The translations under genes and the position numbers were made by a program. From the IMG/VR virus record IMGVR_UViG_3300025011_000026: a stretch of DNA of 64,000 nucleotides; one strand, 5' to 3'. Below are positions 45,828-54,322 of this stretch, piece after piece (position 1 is the stretch's first letter; each line of letters begins with the position of its first letter). The notes beneath the pieces were generated by a model that was given only the letters and a program-made list of their open reading frames with translations, did not search any database and was not told the DNA's origin. Source of the DNA: a virus. Its lineage: Duplodnaviria > Heunggongvirae > Uroviricota > Caudoviricetes.

Positions 45828-45920
45828 CAAGAGCGTCAAGTAAATGTTGTGTTGGAACATTACTTGATCAAAAGCCTGTCAAGTCCTTGCAAGACCTGAT
45901 GGGCTTCGCTTATTTTATTG
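45828..45920 (+). ncRNA. candidate small RNA 2 (two hairpins, T-rich end)
   Basis: Hairpin TCAAGTAAATGTT/AACATTACTTGA at 45836-45867. Long imperfect hairpin at 45872-45906, followed by CGCTTATTTTATT. Confidence 0.3.
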
Positions 45921-45982
45921 AGTTAATTTGTTAGAGTTATATATTCGACAGGTTGATACATTTCTCCTTTAAAGAATTTAAA

Positions 45983-45992
45983 TTATCCACAG
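45983..45992 (+). promoter_or_regulatory. DnaA box (perfect TTATCCACAG)
   Basis: Read directly. A one-mismatch box TTATCCCCA follows at 46012-46020. Confidence 0.6.
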
Positions 45993-45997
45993 GTATT

Positions 45998-46026
45998 ATT
46001 ATACATGAAAGTTATCCCCATGTGTA
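45998..46026 (-). promoter_or_regulatory. possible minus-strand promoter for the rep leader
   Basis: The minus strand reads TACACA, 17 nt, TATAAT. The -35 is weak. Confidence 0.3.
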
Positions 46027-46071
46027 TAGAAATTTTGACAAAATATTTAATCGTTAGGCCGTACAACAAAA

Positions 46072-46110
46072 TCGAAAAAATAAACACTATCCAAAATTAA
46101 CTGGATAGTG
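46072..46110 (-). terminator. rho-independent terminator after parR
   Basis: 9-bp stem CACTATCCA/TGGATAGTG, followed on the minus strand by TTTATTTTTT. Confidence 0.6.
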
Positions 46111-46143
46111 CTTTTGTATTTCAATAAAATTCAATGAAATTAA

Positions 46144-46515
46144 TTATTCAGACATGAGATTGTTCATAGTTTTAAGAAAAATACTATCTTTCTTTTTATC
46201 AGAGACTTCAGGAACCATCTCAACCAGCTCATCTCTATCCACAATAACTTCATTTTTCTTTCTCGTTTTCTTCGGAACTTTTACACTATTTACAGAAACC
46301 TTAATATTGCCTGACACAATGTTATCTGTAATTTTTTCATTAAATTTATCCAATTTAAGTTTTTTTGGATAATAATCCATGTAAAATTTTAAACAAGTTT
46401 TAACCAACTGTGAATTAGAAATTCCTTGTTCTTCAATTTGATTAACATAATCAATTAGAATTTTGTCATTTTTTGAACTAAGGTTTGTGCCAACATATTT
46501 TCTCAGGCTACCCAT
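46144..46515 (-). CDS. parR: ParR-like ribbon-helix-helix centromere-binding protein
   Basis: Starts 2 nt after the parM stop. The N-terminus KYVGTNLSSKNDKILIDYVNQIEEQG fits a beta-strand plus two helices. The tail is basic. Confidence 0.5.
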   Translation of the reverse strand: MGSLRKYVGTNLSSKNDKILIDYVNQIEEQGISNSQLVKTCLKFYMDYYPKKLKLDKFNEKITDNIVSGNIKVSVNSVKVPKKTRKKNEVIVDRDELVEMVPEVSDKKKDSIFLKTMNNLMSE

Positions 46516-46517
46516 AA

Positions 46518-47495
46518 TTACTCATCCATATCCCAATATTGTTTTCCTCCATCAAGATATGCTAAAGCATTAGTCAATTGAGGATGTTCACTTGATAACT
46601 TTGCTGTATTATCAAGTTTAATATTAAGATAAGGTAACAATACTTCGGCAGGGCCTCCCATGACACAAGTTTCTAATGCCTGTTGTAAATCAAATGTTTT
46701 TTCCAAAGAAGAAATTACATTATCGATATAATCTATAAGAATTTCATCTTTTGTCCTATCTAGATCATAACTTTGCTTTCGCAATGTAATCTCTGACCGT
46801 TTAAGATATTGCAATAATTCATGAGGTTTAAATCTAGTTCCATTCTTAGAATTAAAAGTTGTTGTAATTTGCTCTAGTATTTGATCAAAACCAAATTGTG
46901 TATAACTTACTTTAGAATCTAAAATTACTTCAGTATTTTCAGGATTAATATCGTCACCTTTACGCCATAATGAAGCATCTAAAGTTCCACCACCAAAATC
47001 TAAAACCAATAGGGGATATTCATATCTTCCTTTTTGAGAATCAGTTATTCCAGATTGAATGTAGCAAATAGAATCAGTTATTTCAATATTGATATTACCT
47101 CTATCATCACCGATATTAATAGTTTGTGCTTTCATAGTTTTTAATTTTTCAAGATATGCATTTGCATGTTGTTTGTAATAACCAGCCGGAGTACCAACTA
47201 CTAATTTAACTTTAATATCTTTACATTCTGGAAAACTTAAAGCAATAGAAGTTAATGTACATAAATCAAAATGTGTTGTGGTGTATTTATCTGGATTGAT
47301 ATAAATTTTTCCTTCTGGATCTCCTACAAGATGACTTAAGCCATCTTTTTTAACTAAGTAAGTATTACTTTTTAGTAGACCATCGCCCTCAGTATTAAAC
47401 TTAATTCTTGCTCTCAATACTATCCCTTTACTGGTTTTGTAGTACGAATTTCCTGCATCAAGACCTAAAATTTCTTCATCGTTCATCTCATTCAT
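46518..47495 (-). CDS. parM: ParM/StbA-type actin-like segregation ATPase
   Basis: Phosphate-1 LGLDAGNSYYKT and phosphate-2 LVLDFGGGTLDASL motifs. 325 aa. Confidence 0.8.
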   Translation of the reverse strand: MNEMNDEEILGLDAGNSYYKTSKGIVLRARIKFNTEGDGLLKSNTYLVKKDGLSHLVGDPEGKIYINPDKYTTTHFDLCTLTSIALSFPECKDIKVKLVVGTPAGYYKQHANAYLEKLKTMKAQTINIGDDRGNINIEITDSICYIQSGITDSQKGRYEYPLLVLDFGGGTLDASLWRKGDDINPENTEVILDSKVSYTQFGFDQILEQITTTFNSKNGTRFKPHELLQYLKRSEITLRKQSYDLDRTKDEILIDYIDNVISSLEKTFDLQQALETCVMGGPAEVLLPYLNIKLDNTAKLSSEHPQLTNALAYLDGGKQYWDMDE

Positions 47496-47566
47496 TTTAA
47501 ATTCCTCCTAAATAATATTTCAATGTATGCGAATAGTGTATCATTAATTGTGTACTTTTACAAGTT

Positions 47567-47659
47567 TTCAATTGTAGGTAAATATATCTACAGTTGTAAG
47601 TATATATACTTGTCTACAAATGTAAGTATGTTAATATAGACAAACTTATCTATATTAAC
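47567..47659. repeat. parC-like centromere repeats upstream of parM
   Basis: TTGTAGGTA (47573), TCTACAGTTGTAAGTAT (47587-47603) and TCTACAAATGTAAGTAT (47613-47629). Also an 11-bp inverted repeat GTTAATATAGA-N8-TCTATATTAAC (47630-47659). Confidence 0.55.
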
Positions 47660-48156
47660 ATATCTATTAATTAGAAAAGTCAGAAACTTCAGAGATGATT
47701 CTATCTTATATGATTATTTTTTAAAGATCAGGGCAAAGTAATGCTAGAGGACGAGGAAAGTTAACATATAGAAGGAGTAGTTTGATGATTAAGTCCTGAG
47801 AAATCAGAGCTTTTCTTTTTTTGTAAAGTATACTTGGGTATATTGGTAAACATTTAGTATACTCATATTTTATAATAATATTATTTATATATTAAACCAT
47901 CATACGTACTCCTATAAACACCTAATTATCCATTTTTAAACCATTAATATAAGCTATTTTCAGGATGTAAAATTTAAGAAAAGATGAATTATCATCAATC
48001 TAAGCCTTTGAAAATAATGTTTGGTGTGATTGTGTTAGTATGATTAGTTAAGGTTGTTTTAGGTTAAAGATTTCCCATTTATTACTATACATAACGTACA
48101 AACAATACTCAATAAGATTAAACATATCAACACCACACAAAGGAGGTCACAAAGCA

Positions 48157-48408
48157 TTGATAACTGACAAACTCAACAAATCAGAGATTAAAGTTCTTCA
48201 AGTTCTTCAGGAATCAAATATCACTAATGATATGAATGCTATGAAAATATCAACATTGTCAGAAAAAACTGGATTAAGTTATTTCATTGTTAGAAATATT
48301 ATCAAAGCATTTTATATTGCTAATATTTGTAAGAAAGGGAGGAGAGAGGGGAATGGAGAGACATATTATTTGAGCAAAGGAATTGATGATATTGAAACAA
48401 AAACCTGA
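48157..48408 (+). CDS. small winged-helix/HTH regulator, first gene of the T4SS-like operon
   Basis: SD AAAGGAGG then TTG. ISTLSEKTGLSYFIVRNIIKAF looks like a helix-turn-helix. Confidence 0.5.
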   Translation: MITDKLNKSEIKVLQVLQESNITNDMNAMKISTLSEKTGLSYFIVRNIIKAFYIANICKKGRREGNGETYYLSKGIDDIETKT

Positions 48409-48616
48409 ATGTAGACTTATTTGTAATCAAAATGACGATGACAATTTTAATTCTGTTTTTACTATTACTGATGAAGTTGCAAAATGTTTAATCAGAGCAA
48501 AAAGAGATTATTCTGCTAAAAGTTATATTGATCAAATTTGTGATATTGAATCTGTTGAAGAAGTTTTGAGATTGAGTTTAGGTTATGTTAATTTTATTTT
48601 TGTATATGAATTTTAA
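48386..48616 (+). CDS. hypothetical protein
   Basis: It overlaps the previous gene's end, with AAAGGA upstream. Confidence 0.45.
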   Translation: MILKQKPECRLICNQNDDDNFNSVFTITDEVAKCLIRAKRDYSAKSYIDQICDIESVEEVLRLSLGYVNFIFVYEF

Positions 48617-48630
48617 GGAGGAGGATGATT

Positions 48631-48894
48631 ATGAAGAAACCTGAAATTGGATTAGTTAAGAAGAAATTTTTTGATTATTTTAAATATCCAGAAGCAAAAA
48701 AGGTTGTTATTCCCACTCGATGTCCTAATTTAAAGTGTAGGAGCAAGAATATTATCGGCAGAGGATTAGTTATTGGAATGGCTTATGTAAGTCTTAAAAC
48801 TATGGATGTTGATGAATTAGGTGATGATTTTGAGATTTTGGATAAGGATGGGATAAAGTTTAGATGTTTTGATTGTGGTGAAGATTTTGAGTAA
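48631..48894 (+). CDS. hypothetical zinc-ribbon protein
   Basis: SD AAGGAGGAGG then ATG. CPNLKC ... CFDC. Confidence 0.55.
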   Translation: MKKPEIGLVKKKFFDYFKYPEAKKVVIPTRCPNLKCRSKNIIGRGLVIGMAYVSLKTMDVDELGDDFEILDKDGIKFRCFDCGEDFE

Positions 48895-48923
48895 ATTTTA
48901 ATGAATTTAAAGGAGTGGTAAAT

Positions 48924-49130
48924 ATGGCAAAAGTAAAAGTAATTAAATCAAAAAATCTAATCAAAATCGAAGAGAAAACTGATGCAGAATTGTATGAAGA
49001 CTTTACTAGAAGAATTAATGACTTATATACTGTAAGCAAATATTATGAGGAAAATAATCTTAAAATGCCTAAATGGATTGAGAATAAGATTATTAAGATG
49101 GGCGAGGTTATTGGGCAATTGGGATTGTGA
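48924..49130 (+). CDS. hypothetical protein
   Basis: SD AAAGGAGTGG then ATG 48924. Confidence 0.55.
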   Translation: MAKVKVIKSKNLIKIEEKTDAELYEDFTRRINDLYTVSKYYEENNLKMPKWIENKIIKMGEVIGQLGL

Positions 49131-49142
49131 GGAGTGGTCAAT

Positions 49143-49448
49143 ATGAATTACAGACTTCCAAACGAAAAGAAAATGAGAAATTATTTAGATCAATTTAGTT
49201 ACAGGAAAGTTACTGAAAAAGAATGGGAAGATTGTATTGAGAATTTTGTTGGTTTCGCAGAGTATATTGAAGAAGAAATGGAAGGCAAACAATTAATTCA
49301 AGAAGGAGCATCTACTGAAGTAGATATTGGAAAAGATAGTTATGAAGTATGGATTATTTTCAATTGGGTTTATGAACATGGAGTTAAAATTGTGCTGATT
49401 GATTTTGATTATAGTTATTCATTAGGAATTGTGAATGGAGAGTATTAA
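49143..49448 (+). CDS. hypothetical acidic protein
   Basis: SD GAGGAGTGG then ATG 49143. Confidence 0.55.
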   Translation: MNYRLPNEKKMRNYLDQFSYRKVTEKEWEDCIENFVGFAEYIEEEMEGKQLIQEGASTEVDIGKDSYEVWIIFNWVYEHGVKIVLIDFDYSYSLGIVNGEY

Positions 49449-49465
49449 TTAAAAGGAGGATTATT

Positions 49466-49657
49466 GTGAAAACATACAACATTCTAAAACCTAAAAATGA
49501 CTTTTATGAAAAGGTAAAAAATCGTCTTCATGGTAGAACTTGTACTTGTGATTTGTGTAAAACTAAAAGTCCTCTTTTAACCAATAAATCAATTGTCACA
49601 AAAGATACTGAATCCCAGTTCATTCATGTTTTAAATTATTGCCCTAATTGTCAGTAA
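49466..49657 (+). CDS. hypothetical zinc-ribbon protein
   Basis: SD AAAGGAGGA then GTG. CTCDLC ... CPNC. Confidence 0.5.
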   Translation: MKTYNILKPKNDFYEKVKNRLHGRTCTCDLCKTKSPLLTNKSIVTKDTESQFIHVLNYCPNCQ

Positions 49658-49784
49658 CGAATGCCAATTAGAATTGATTTTATTGAAAATACTCTTTCTT
49701 TTGCTTTTCCTTCTTGGGATGATAAAGATGGTATTTATCCTAAAAGAAGAGCAGATTAAATTAGTTTAAAAGGAGGAATTAATT

Positions 49785-50024
49785 ATGCTAATCAGTGGGT
49801 TTTCTATTAACAAAGGCAAAGAAAAATGTTTTTCATATATGGTTAAACCATCTACAATTGTTTCATTATTATTAATAGGAAGTTTTAGTGTAAATTTATG
49901 GCATATTCTTACATCTTCTGGATTAGAGTTATCAGGTGGCAAAGACATTTATTCATTTTTAGATAGTGTGAAACTTGACGGACAGAATATTAATTATGAA
50001 TATGTTTTTATGAAATTTAGGTAA
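49785..50024 (+). CDS. hypothetical membrane-associated protein
   Basis: SD AAAGGAGGAA then ATG. Central hydrophobic stretch TIVSLLLIGSFSVNLW. Confidence 0.5.
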   Translation: MLISGFSINKGKEKCFSYMVKPSTIVSLLLIGSFSVNLWHILTSSGLELSGGKDIYSFLDSVKLDGQNINYEYVFMKFR

Positions 50025-50060
50025 ATTGTGAAGGATGAGATTAAGGAGGGTTGATTAATT

Positions 50061-50273
50061 ATGAAAATTCGCGTATCAATACTGATTAATCAAGGTCGTA
50101 AAATTCATGACATTATCAATCATTTGGAATTTGAGAATACTGATGATTTTGTTGATTATAAACATGATTTTTATGACAATCTTTTTGACAGAGGATGGAG
50201 AAGAAATGGTATGAGTGCTAATCAATGTTATAAGGGGAATTTGACTTTGACTCCTTATTTTATTAGGGAATGA
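50061..50273 (+). CDS. hypothetical protein
   Basis: SD AAGGAGGG then ATG. Confidence 0.55.
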   Translation: MKIRVSILINQGRKIHDIINHLEFENTDDFVDYKHDFYDNLFDRGWRRNGMSANQCYKGNLTLTPYFIRE

Positions 50274-50279
50274 TTGATT

Positions 50280-50837
50280 ATGAAAAAACCAAACAAAAAA
50301 TTATTATTCTCTCTTGTATTATTAACATTATTATCAATACCACATCCTGTATCTGCCAAAGGAGAATTAACTACTAAACAAGCAAAAAGCATTTTAAACA
50401 TCATTATTGATAAAACTTATACAATTCTCACATATTCGTCTTCTCCTTGGATTTATCCTGTAGATGGAATTGTCACAAGTCCTTATGGGCCAAGAGAATC
50501 TTCGATAGATGGATTTCATCATGGGTTAGACATCTCTGCAGTAGAAAACACTCAAGTTCATTGTTCTAAATCAGGGATCGTAGTTAAAGCAGAATTTAAT
50601 GAAATGGTTGGAAATGTTGTGTGCATTAATCATTCAGATGGATTTCAAACTATGTATGCACACAACAATAAATTATTAGTCAAAGTTGGAGATAATGTAA
50701 ATCAAAATGATGTTATTGCATTGTCCGGTAATACTGGATTATTGTCAAGAGGAGCGCATGTACATTTTGAGATTCGTACCAATAATGGAACAAATTCATT
50801 AAATCCAATGAATTATTTACCTGCTAAACAAAAATAA
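50280..50837 (+). CDS. secreted M23 (LytM-type) peptidoglycan metallopeptidase
   Basis: Signal peptide MKKPNKKLLFSLVLLTLLSIPHPVSA. HxxxD motif GFHHGLDI and HxH motif AHVHFEI. Confidence 0.85.
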   Translation: MKKPNKKLLFSLVLLTLLSIPHPVSAKGELTTKQAKSILNIIIDKTYTILTYSSSPWIYPVDGIVTSPYGPRESSIDGFHHGLDISAVENTQVHCSKSGIVVKAEFNEMVGNVVCINHSDGFQTMYAHNNKLLVKVGDNVNQNDVIALSGNTGLLSRGAHVHFEIRTNNGTNSLNPMNYLPAKQK

Positions 50838-50855
50838 ACCCCTCAAAATGAGGGG
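50825..50855 (-). terminator. terminator for the minus-strand peptide gene
   Basis: 7-bp stem CCCCTCA/TGAGGGG, followed on the minus strand by TTTATTTTTGTTT. Confidence 0.5.
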
Positions 50856-50881
50856 ATGAAGTAGGATCATATTGATATTCA

Positions 50882-50983
50882 TTATTGAATTAATCTTCCT
50901 AATTGTTGTGCAATATCAACTAATTGATATGATCCATACCCTATTAATCCTACTCCAATTGCTGTTCCAAATATTAAAAACAT
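50882..50983 (-). CDS. 33-aa hydrophobic glycine-zipper peptide, antisense-oriented inside the T4SS operon
   Basis: Minus-strand SD AAAGGAG, 9 nt, then ATG. Translation MFLIFGTAIGVGLIGYGSYQLVDIAQQLGRLIQ. It has its own terminator. Confidence 0.4.
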   Translation of the reverse strand: MFLIFGTAIGVGLIGYGSYQLVDIAQQLGRLIQ

Positions 50984-51227
50984 AAATTTTCACTCCTTTA
51001 AATCATATTTCATTAACTGTATTATTACCAAACTATATGTCGAATATACATGAATTGATGTAAATTTTAAGACAAGAACCCTATATTAGCCACCTATACC
51101 AAGGATAATACACCCTAAATCCTACAGTCCTTTAATATCAATGGTCTTAGACTTGAAAATGTGGGGTCTTCTTATATAAGGAGGCAGATTTGCCGACTGT
51201 TTTAATTTTCAAAGGAGGTTGTTTACA

Positions 51228-51479
51228 TTGAATGAATTTTTAAGTTGGTCAACAAAGATTTGTTTGGCTATGACTGCTCTTGGTGGAGGATTGGCTATGC
51301 TCATGATCGTCTGGTCTGGGGTCATGGACATCATCGGAAATGGGCAATGGAAAGCTCAAGCAAAAGAACTGAAAGAAAGTGTAATTCGTGGATGTATCAC
51401 TATAGTCGTTGGGCCTTGGATCATAAAAATCTTGTGGAGTATATTAAAAGGAATCTTTCCAACACTTCCTACATTTTAA
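51228..51479 (+). CDS. VirB2/TrbC-like two-TM protein
   Basis: SD AAAGGAGG, then in-frame TTG 51228 (TTG 51219 abuts the SD). Two hydrophobic helices flank a polar loop, and it lies just before the VirB6-like gene. Confidence 0.35.
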   Translation: MNEFLSWSTKICLAMTALGGGLAMLMIVWSGVMDIIGNGQWKAQAKELKESVIRGCITIVVGPWIIKILWSILKGIFPTLPTF

Positions 51480-51509
51480 TTATTACAATTATAAAGGGGA
51501 TGATCATAA

Positions 51510-52544
51510 ATGCTTACAGTTGGAGAAGTAGGAGATGCAATTATTAACTTTTTTATTAAACCACCATCTCCTGAAAATGTTGATATAATACATGGGGCAT
51601 TATTCAATGCTCCTTCTCCAGAAACAGTAGAGAGTGTCAATAATGCTCTATTTAATGCACCTACACAACAAGATATTACAACAGTCAATGGAAGATTAGA
51701 GCATTTTATTACTGACTCATTAGTACAAAACTTTGCACAATTATTTCTTCATACACCAAATGTATTGGCAGAAAACCCAACCATATTATCTTTATATACT
51801 TTCTTTTTAAAAATAATTATTTCATTTTCATTTGCAGGAATAGTATATTTTGGAATTATGCAAATCATGAATAAGGGTAGTAAACACAATACAACGGAAT
51901 ACATTGTTAAGATAGCTCAATCAATGGTAATTATAAATATAGCAATTATAGCATTGCCATTGCTAATTGAAGCAACAAACAAATTTACTATAGCAATTCT
52001 TTCTCTTGGTGGATCTGAAGCACAAATGGTAAAAGCATTAAGTCCTCAATATGGATTAGGATTAATCATATTCACATTAATTTTTGCATTAATTCTAATT
52101 AATCTAATATGGTTCTATTTCATGAGAATGATTTCTATTATGTTTCTAATTGCAACTGCTCCTATATTCTTCTTTTTATGGTTATTCCCTAAATATCAAA
52201 ATATGAGACAGGTTTGGATTGATGAATTATTAGATAATCTAATTGCACCAATTATACATGCAATAATTATGGTTATTTGGTTAGGGTTTGAATCATCAGT
52301 ATCAAAATCAAATCATGGAGCACTTTATCATGTAATGCTTTCCATAGCTGCTGGTTCATTTATGTTAAAAGCACCTTCTTATGTCCAACAATGGATTTCT
52401 CATGGTCATCAATCACCAAATCCTATACAAATGTTTAAAGAGATAAAGTATGGGTTAAGTCCTAGAAAACTTATCGGTTATGGAGGATTTGGAAGAATGG
52501 GAGGAAGTATGTTTAGAGGAAGAGGGACTACAAAAAGGAGGTAA
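51510..52544 (+). CDS. VirB6/TrbL-like polytopic membrane protein
   Basis: At least 5 long hydrophobic segments. N-terminal three 16-aa repeats (PSPENVDIIHGALFNA / PSPETVESVNNALFNA / PTQQDITTVNGRLEHF). Gly/Arg-rich tail. Confidence 0.5.
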   Translation: MLTVGEVGDAIINFFIKPPSPENVDIIHGALFNAPSPETVESVNNALFNAPTQQDITTVNGRLEHFITDSLVQNFAQLFLHTPNVLAENPTILSLYTFFLKIIISFSFAGIVYFGIMQIMNKGSKHNTTEYIVKIAQSMVIINIAIIALPLLIEATNKFTIAILSLGGSEAQMVKALSPQYGLGLIIFTLIFALILINLIWFYFMRMISIMFLIATAPIFFFLWLFPKYQNMRQVWIDELLDNLIAPIIHAIIMVIWLGFESSVSKSNHGALYHVMLSIAAGSFMLKAPSYVQQWISHGHQSPNPIQMFKEIKYGLSPRKLIGYGGFGRMGGSMFRGRGTTKRR

Positions 52545-52548
52545 TTCA

Positions 52549-52896
52549 ATGTTTAATAATGAGATGTTTGAAACTAATCAAATCATTGAAATGAAAGACG
52601 AAATATTTTATGGACTTACAGGAAAACAAACTATTTATTTATTAGGTGGAATAGTGCTTAGTTTATCTGTATTTAATACTGCATTACCTATTATTGCAAA
52701 ACTATTCATTCTACCAAATATAGGTATTCCTACTGCAATTTTAACTAAAACTGATGTAGATCAAGGGATAGTTTCTTTCTTTAAATTCAAATGGAGAGGA
52801 GTGACAAAACAAAATGTTACAATACAATCTTTACCCAAAAGCAAATTATCTTTTAGTAACAAAAGAAGAGCAGACGCTACTTCGATCAAAGTTTAA
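52549..52896 (+). CDS. PrgI/VirB3-like small membrane protein
   Basis: SD AAGGAGG then ATG 52549. KDEIFYGLTGKQTIYLLGGIVLSLSVF matches the conserved (F)GLTxRQ-TM start of PrgI-family proteins. It lies directly upstream of the VirB4-like ATPase. Confidence 0.45.
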   Translation: MFNNEMFETNQIIEMKDEIFYGLTGKQTIYLLGGIVLSLSVFNTALPIIAKLFILPNIGIPTAILTKTDVDQGIVSFFKFKWRGVTKQNVTIQSLPKSKLSFSNKRRADATSIKV

Positions 52897-54322
52897 GTAT
52901 TTATTAAATTCTCTAAATGAACCATTTAAGATTATTTGTAAAACTGACTTAAATCAATTAAACAAAGAAATACAAGTTAATGAGTCAAGTTATTCTCTTA
53001 CTACTAATGCAAATATTTACGAAAATTTGCGTAATTCTGGAATAGACTATACTCAAAATCAATTACTAATTGCAAGTAATATTCAAATAAAGGAGTATAG
53101 AAAGTACATTGGTGTTACTGAAAACAATGTAAAATATTTTGCTAAATCAATCAAGGTTATCCAATTTCCACAAATGCTTTCTACTGGATTCATAAACAAC
53201 TTAATGATTTCTGACACTGAAATTGCTCTTACAATCTTTCCATTGCCACAAGAAGAGGCTGTAAAGGCAGTAAAAAAGAGAATTGATACTACTGAAGCAA
53301 ATGCTAATTGGAAGGCCGTAAAGAACCCTAATCAAGAGTTTTATGTAGAAGATGAAATTGTATCAAAACTTCAAAAGACTATGGTTGATCTTATGGGTAA
53401 TGAGGAAAAACTTTGTATGGTTGGATTATATATTTTAATTAAAGGACAAACACTTGAACAATTAGAAACAAAATCAAAACAAATATCAATGCTTTTAGAT
53501 GGAATGCAAATCAGATTCAAATTCGCTAATTGTGAACATTTTAATTGTTTCAAGAATTTTAGATCATATAAAGAAATTGACTATGTAAAGGAGTTAAAAG
53601 TGTTTTTAACAAGTGTGATTAGTAATTTTTATCCATTTGTTAGATATGTATCAGGTGATGGAATTATAATTGGATATGATTATCAAAATTATCAATTAAT
53701 TAAGATTAATTTTGCAGAGCAATTCAATCTGTCATGGTTCATTTTTGGAATTTCAGGAAGTGGAAAATCATTTGCTGTGAAATCAATTGTCAAGAAAATA
53801 TCTAGTCATAAGAAGATTTATATTCTTGATATTACTGGTGAATACGCCAAATTAAAATCAAAGAATATTATCATTATATCTAAGGATTTTGAGAAATTCC
53901 TACTGTACACCGATTTTAAAGATTGCATGATTGTAATTGATGAAGCATGGGATATTTTAAAAACTGATGCAGTTATTAAAAGAGTGGTAGCAATTGCCAA
54001 AGGATACAGAAAACGAGGAGTAGGTGTTTTAGTCTGCACACAAAACATTGCTGATACAAGTAAAGAGGATATTGAATTAATTATTAAAAACTGTGCTAAT
54101 ACTTTAATTCTTCACTTAACCTCCTTAGAACTTCAACATATTAGTGAATACATGAATATACCATCTCATATTGTCGATTATCTTTCTAGGATTGAAAAAG
54201 GACAAGGATGGATGACCATAGGAACAAAGAAATATGCTTTTAGCCCCATATTTAGTAATGAAGAATATTTATTATTTAATACCAATTATGAGGAAATGAA
54301 AGGGGTTGGTTATAATGGGTGA
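52814..54322 (+). CDS. VirB4-like T4SS ATPase (short form)
   Basis: Walker A FGISGSGKSF, Walker B MIVIDEAW. SD GGAGAGGAG 11 nt upstream. It overlaps the PrgI-like gene by 83 nt. Confidence 0.65.
   Translation: MLQYNLYPKANYLLVTKEEQTLLRSKFKYLLNSLNEPFKIICKTDLNQLNKEIQVNESSYSLTTNANIYENLRNSGIDYTQNQLLIASNIQIKEYRKYIGVTENNVKYFAKSIKVIQFPQMLSTGFINNLMISDTEIALTIFPLPQEEAVKAVKKRIDTTEANANWKAVKNPNQEFYVEDEIVSKLQKTMVDLMGNEEKLCMVGLYILIKGQTLEQLETKSKQISMLLDGMQIRFKFANCEHFNCFKNFRSYKEIDYVKELKVFLTSVISNFYPFVRYVSGDGIIIGYDYQNYQLIKINFAEQFNLSWFIFGISGSGKSFAVKSIVKKISSHKKIYILDITGEYAKLKSKNIIIISKDFEKFLLYTDFKDCMIVIDEAWDILKTDAVIKRVVAIAKGYRKRGVGVLVCTQNIADTSKEDIELIIKNCANTLILHLTSLELQHISEYMNIPSHIVDYLSRIEKGQGWMTIGTKKYAFSPIFSNEEYLLFNTNYEEMKGVGYNG

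Noticed and set aside
47700-47822. Possible sRNA with a purine-rich segment and T-run (47790-47822) in the parM/T4SS intergenic region.
   Set aside because: The stem is only about 4 bp and no convincing promoter was found.
52480-52896. VirB3-VirB4 fusion by programmed frameshift, suggested by the 83-nt overlap.
   Set aside because: The VirB4-like ORF has its own ATG, preceded by GGAGAGGAG at proper spacing. Its frame is closed by TGA just upstream (52802-52804). Ordinary overlapping genes explain it.
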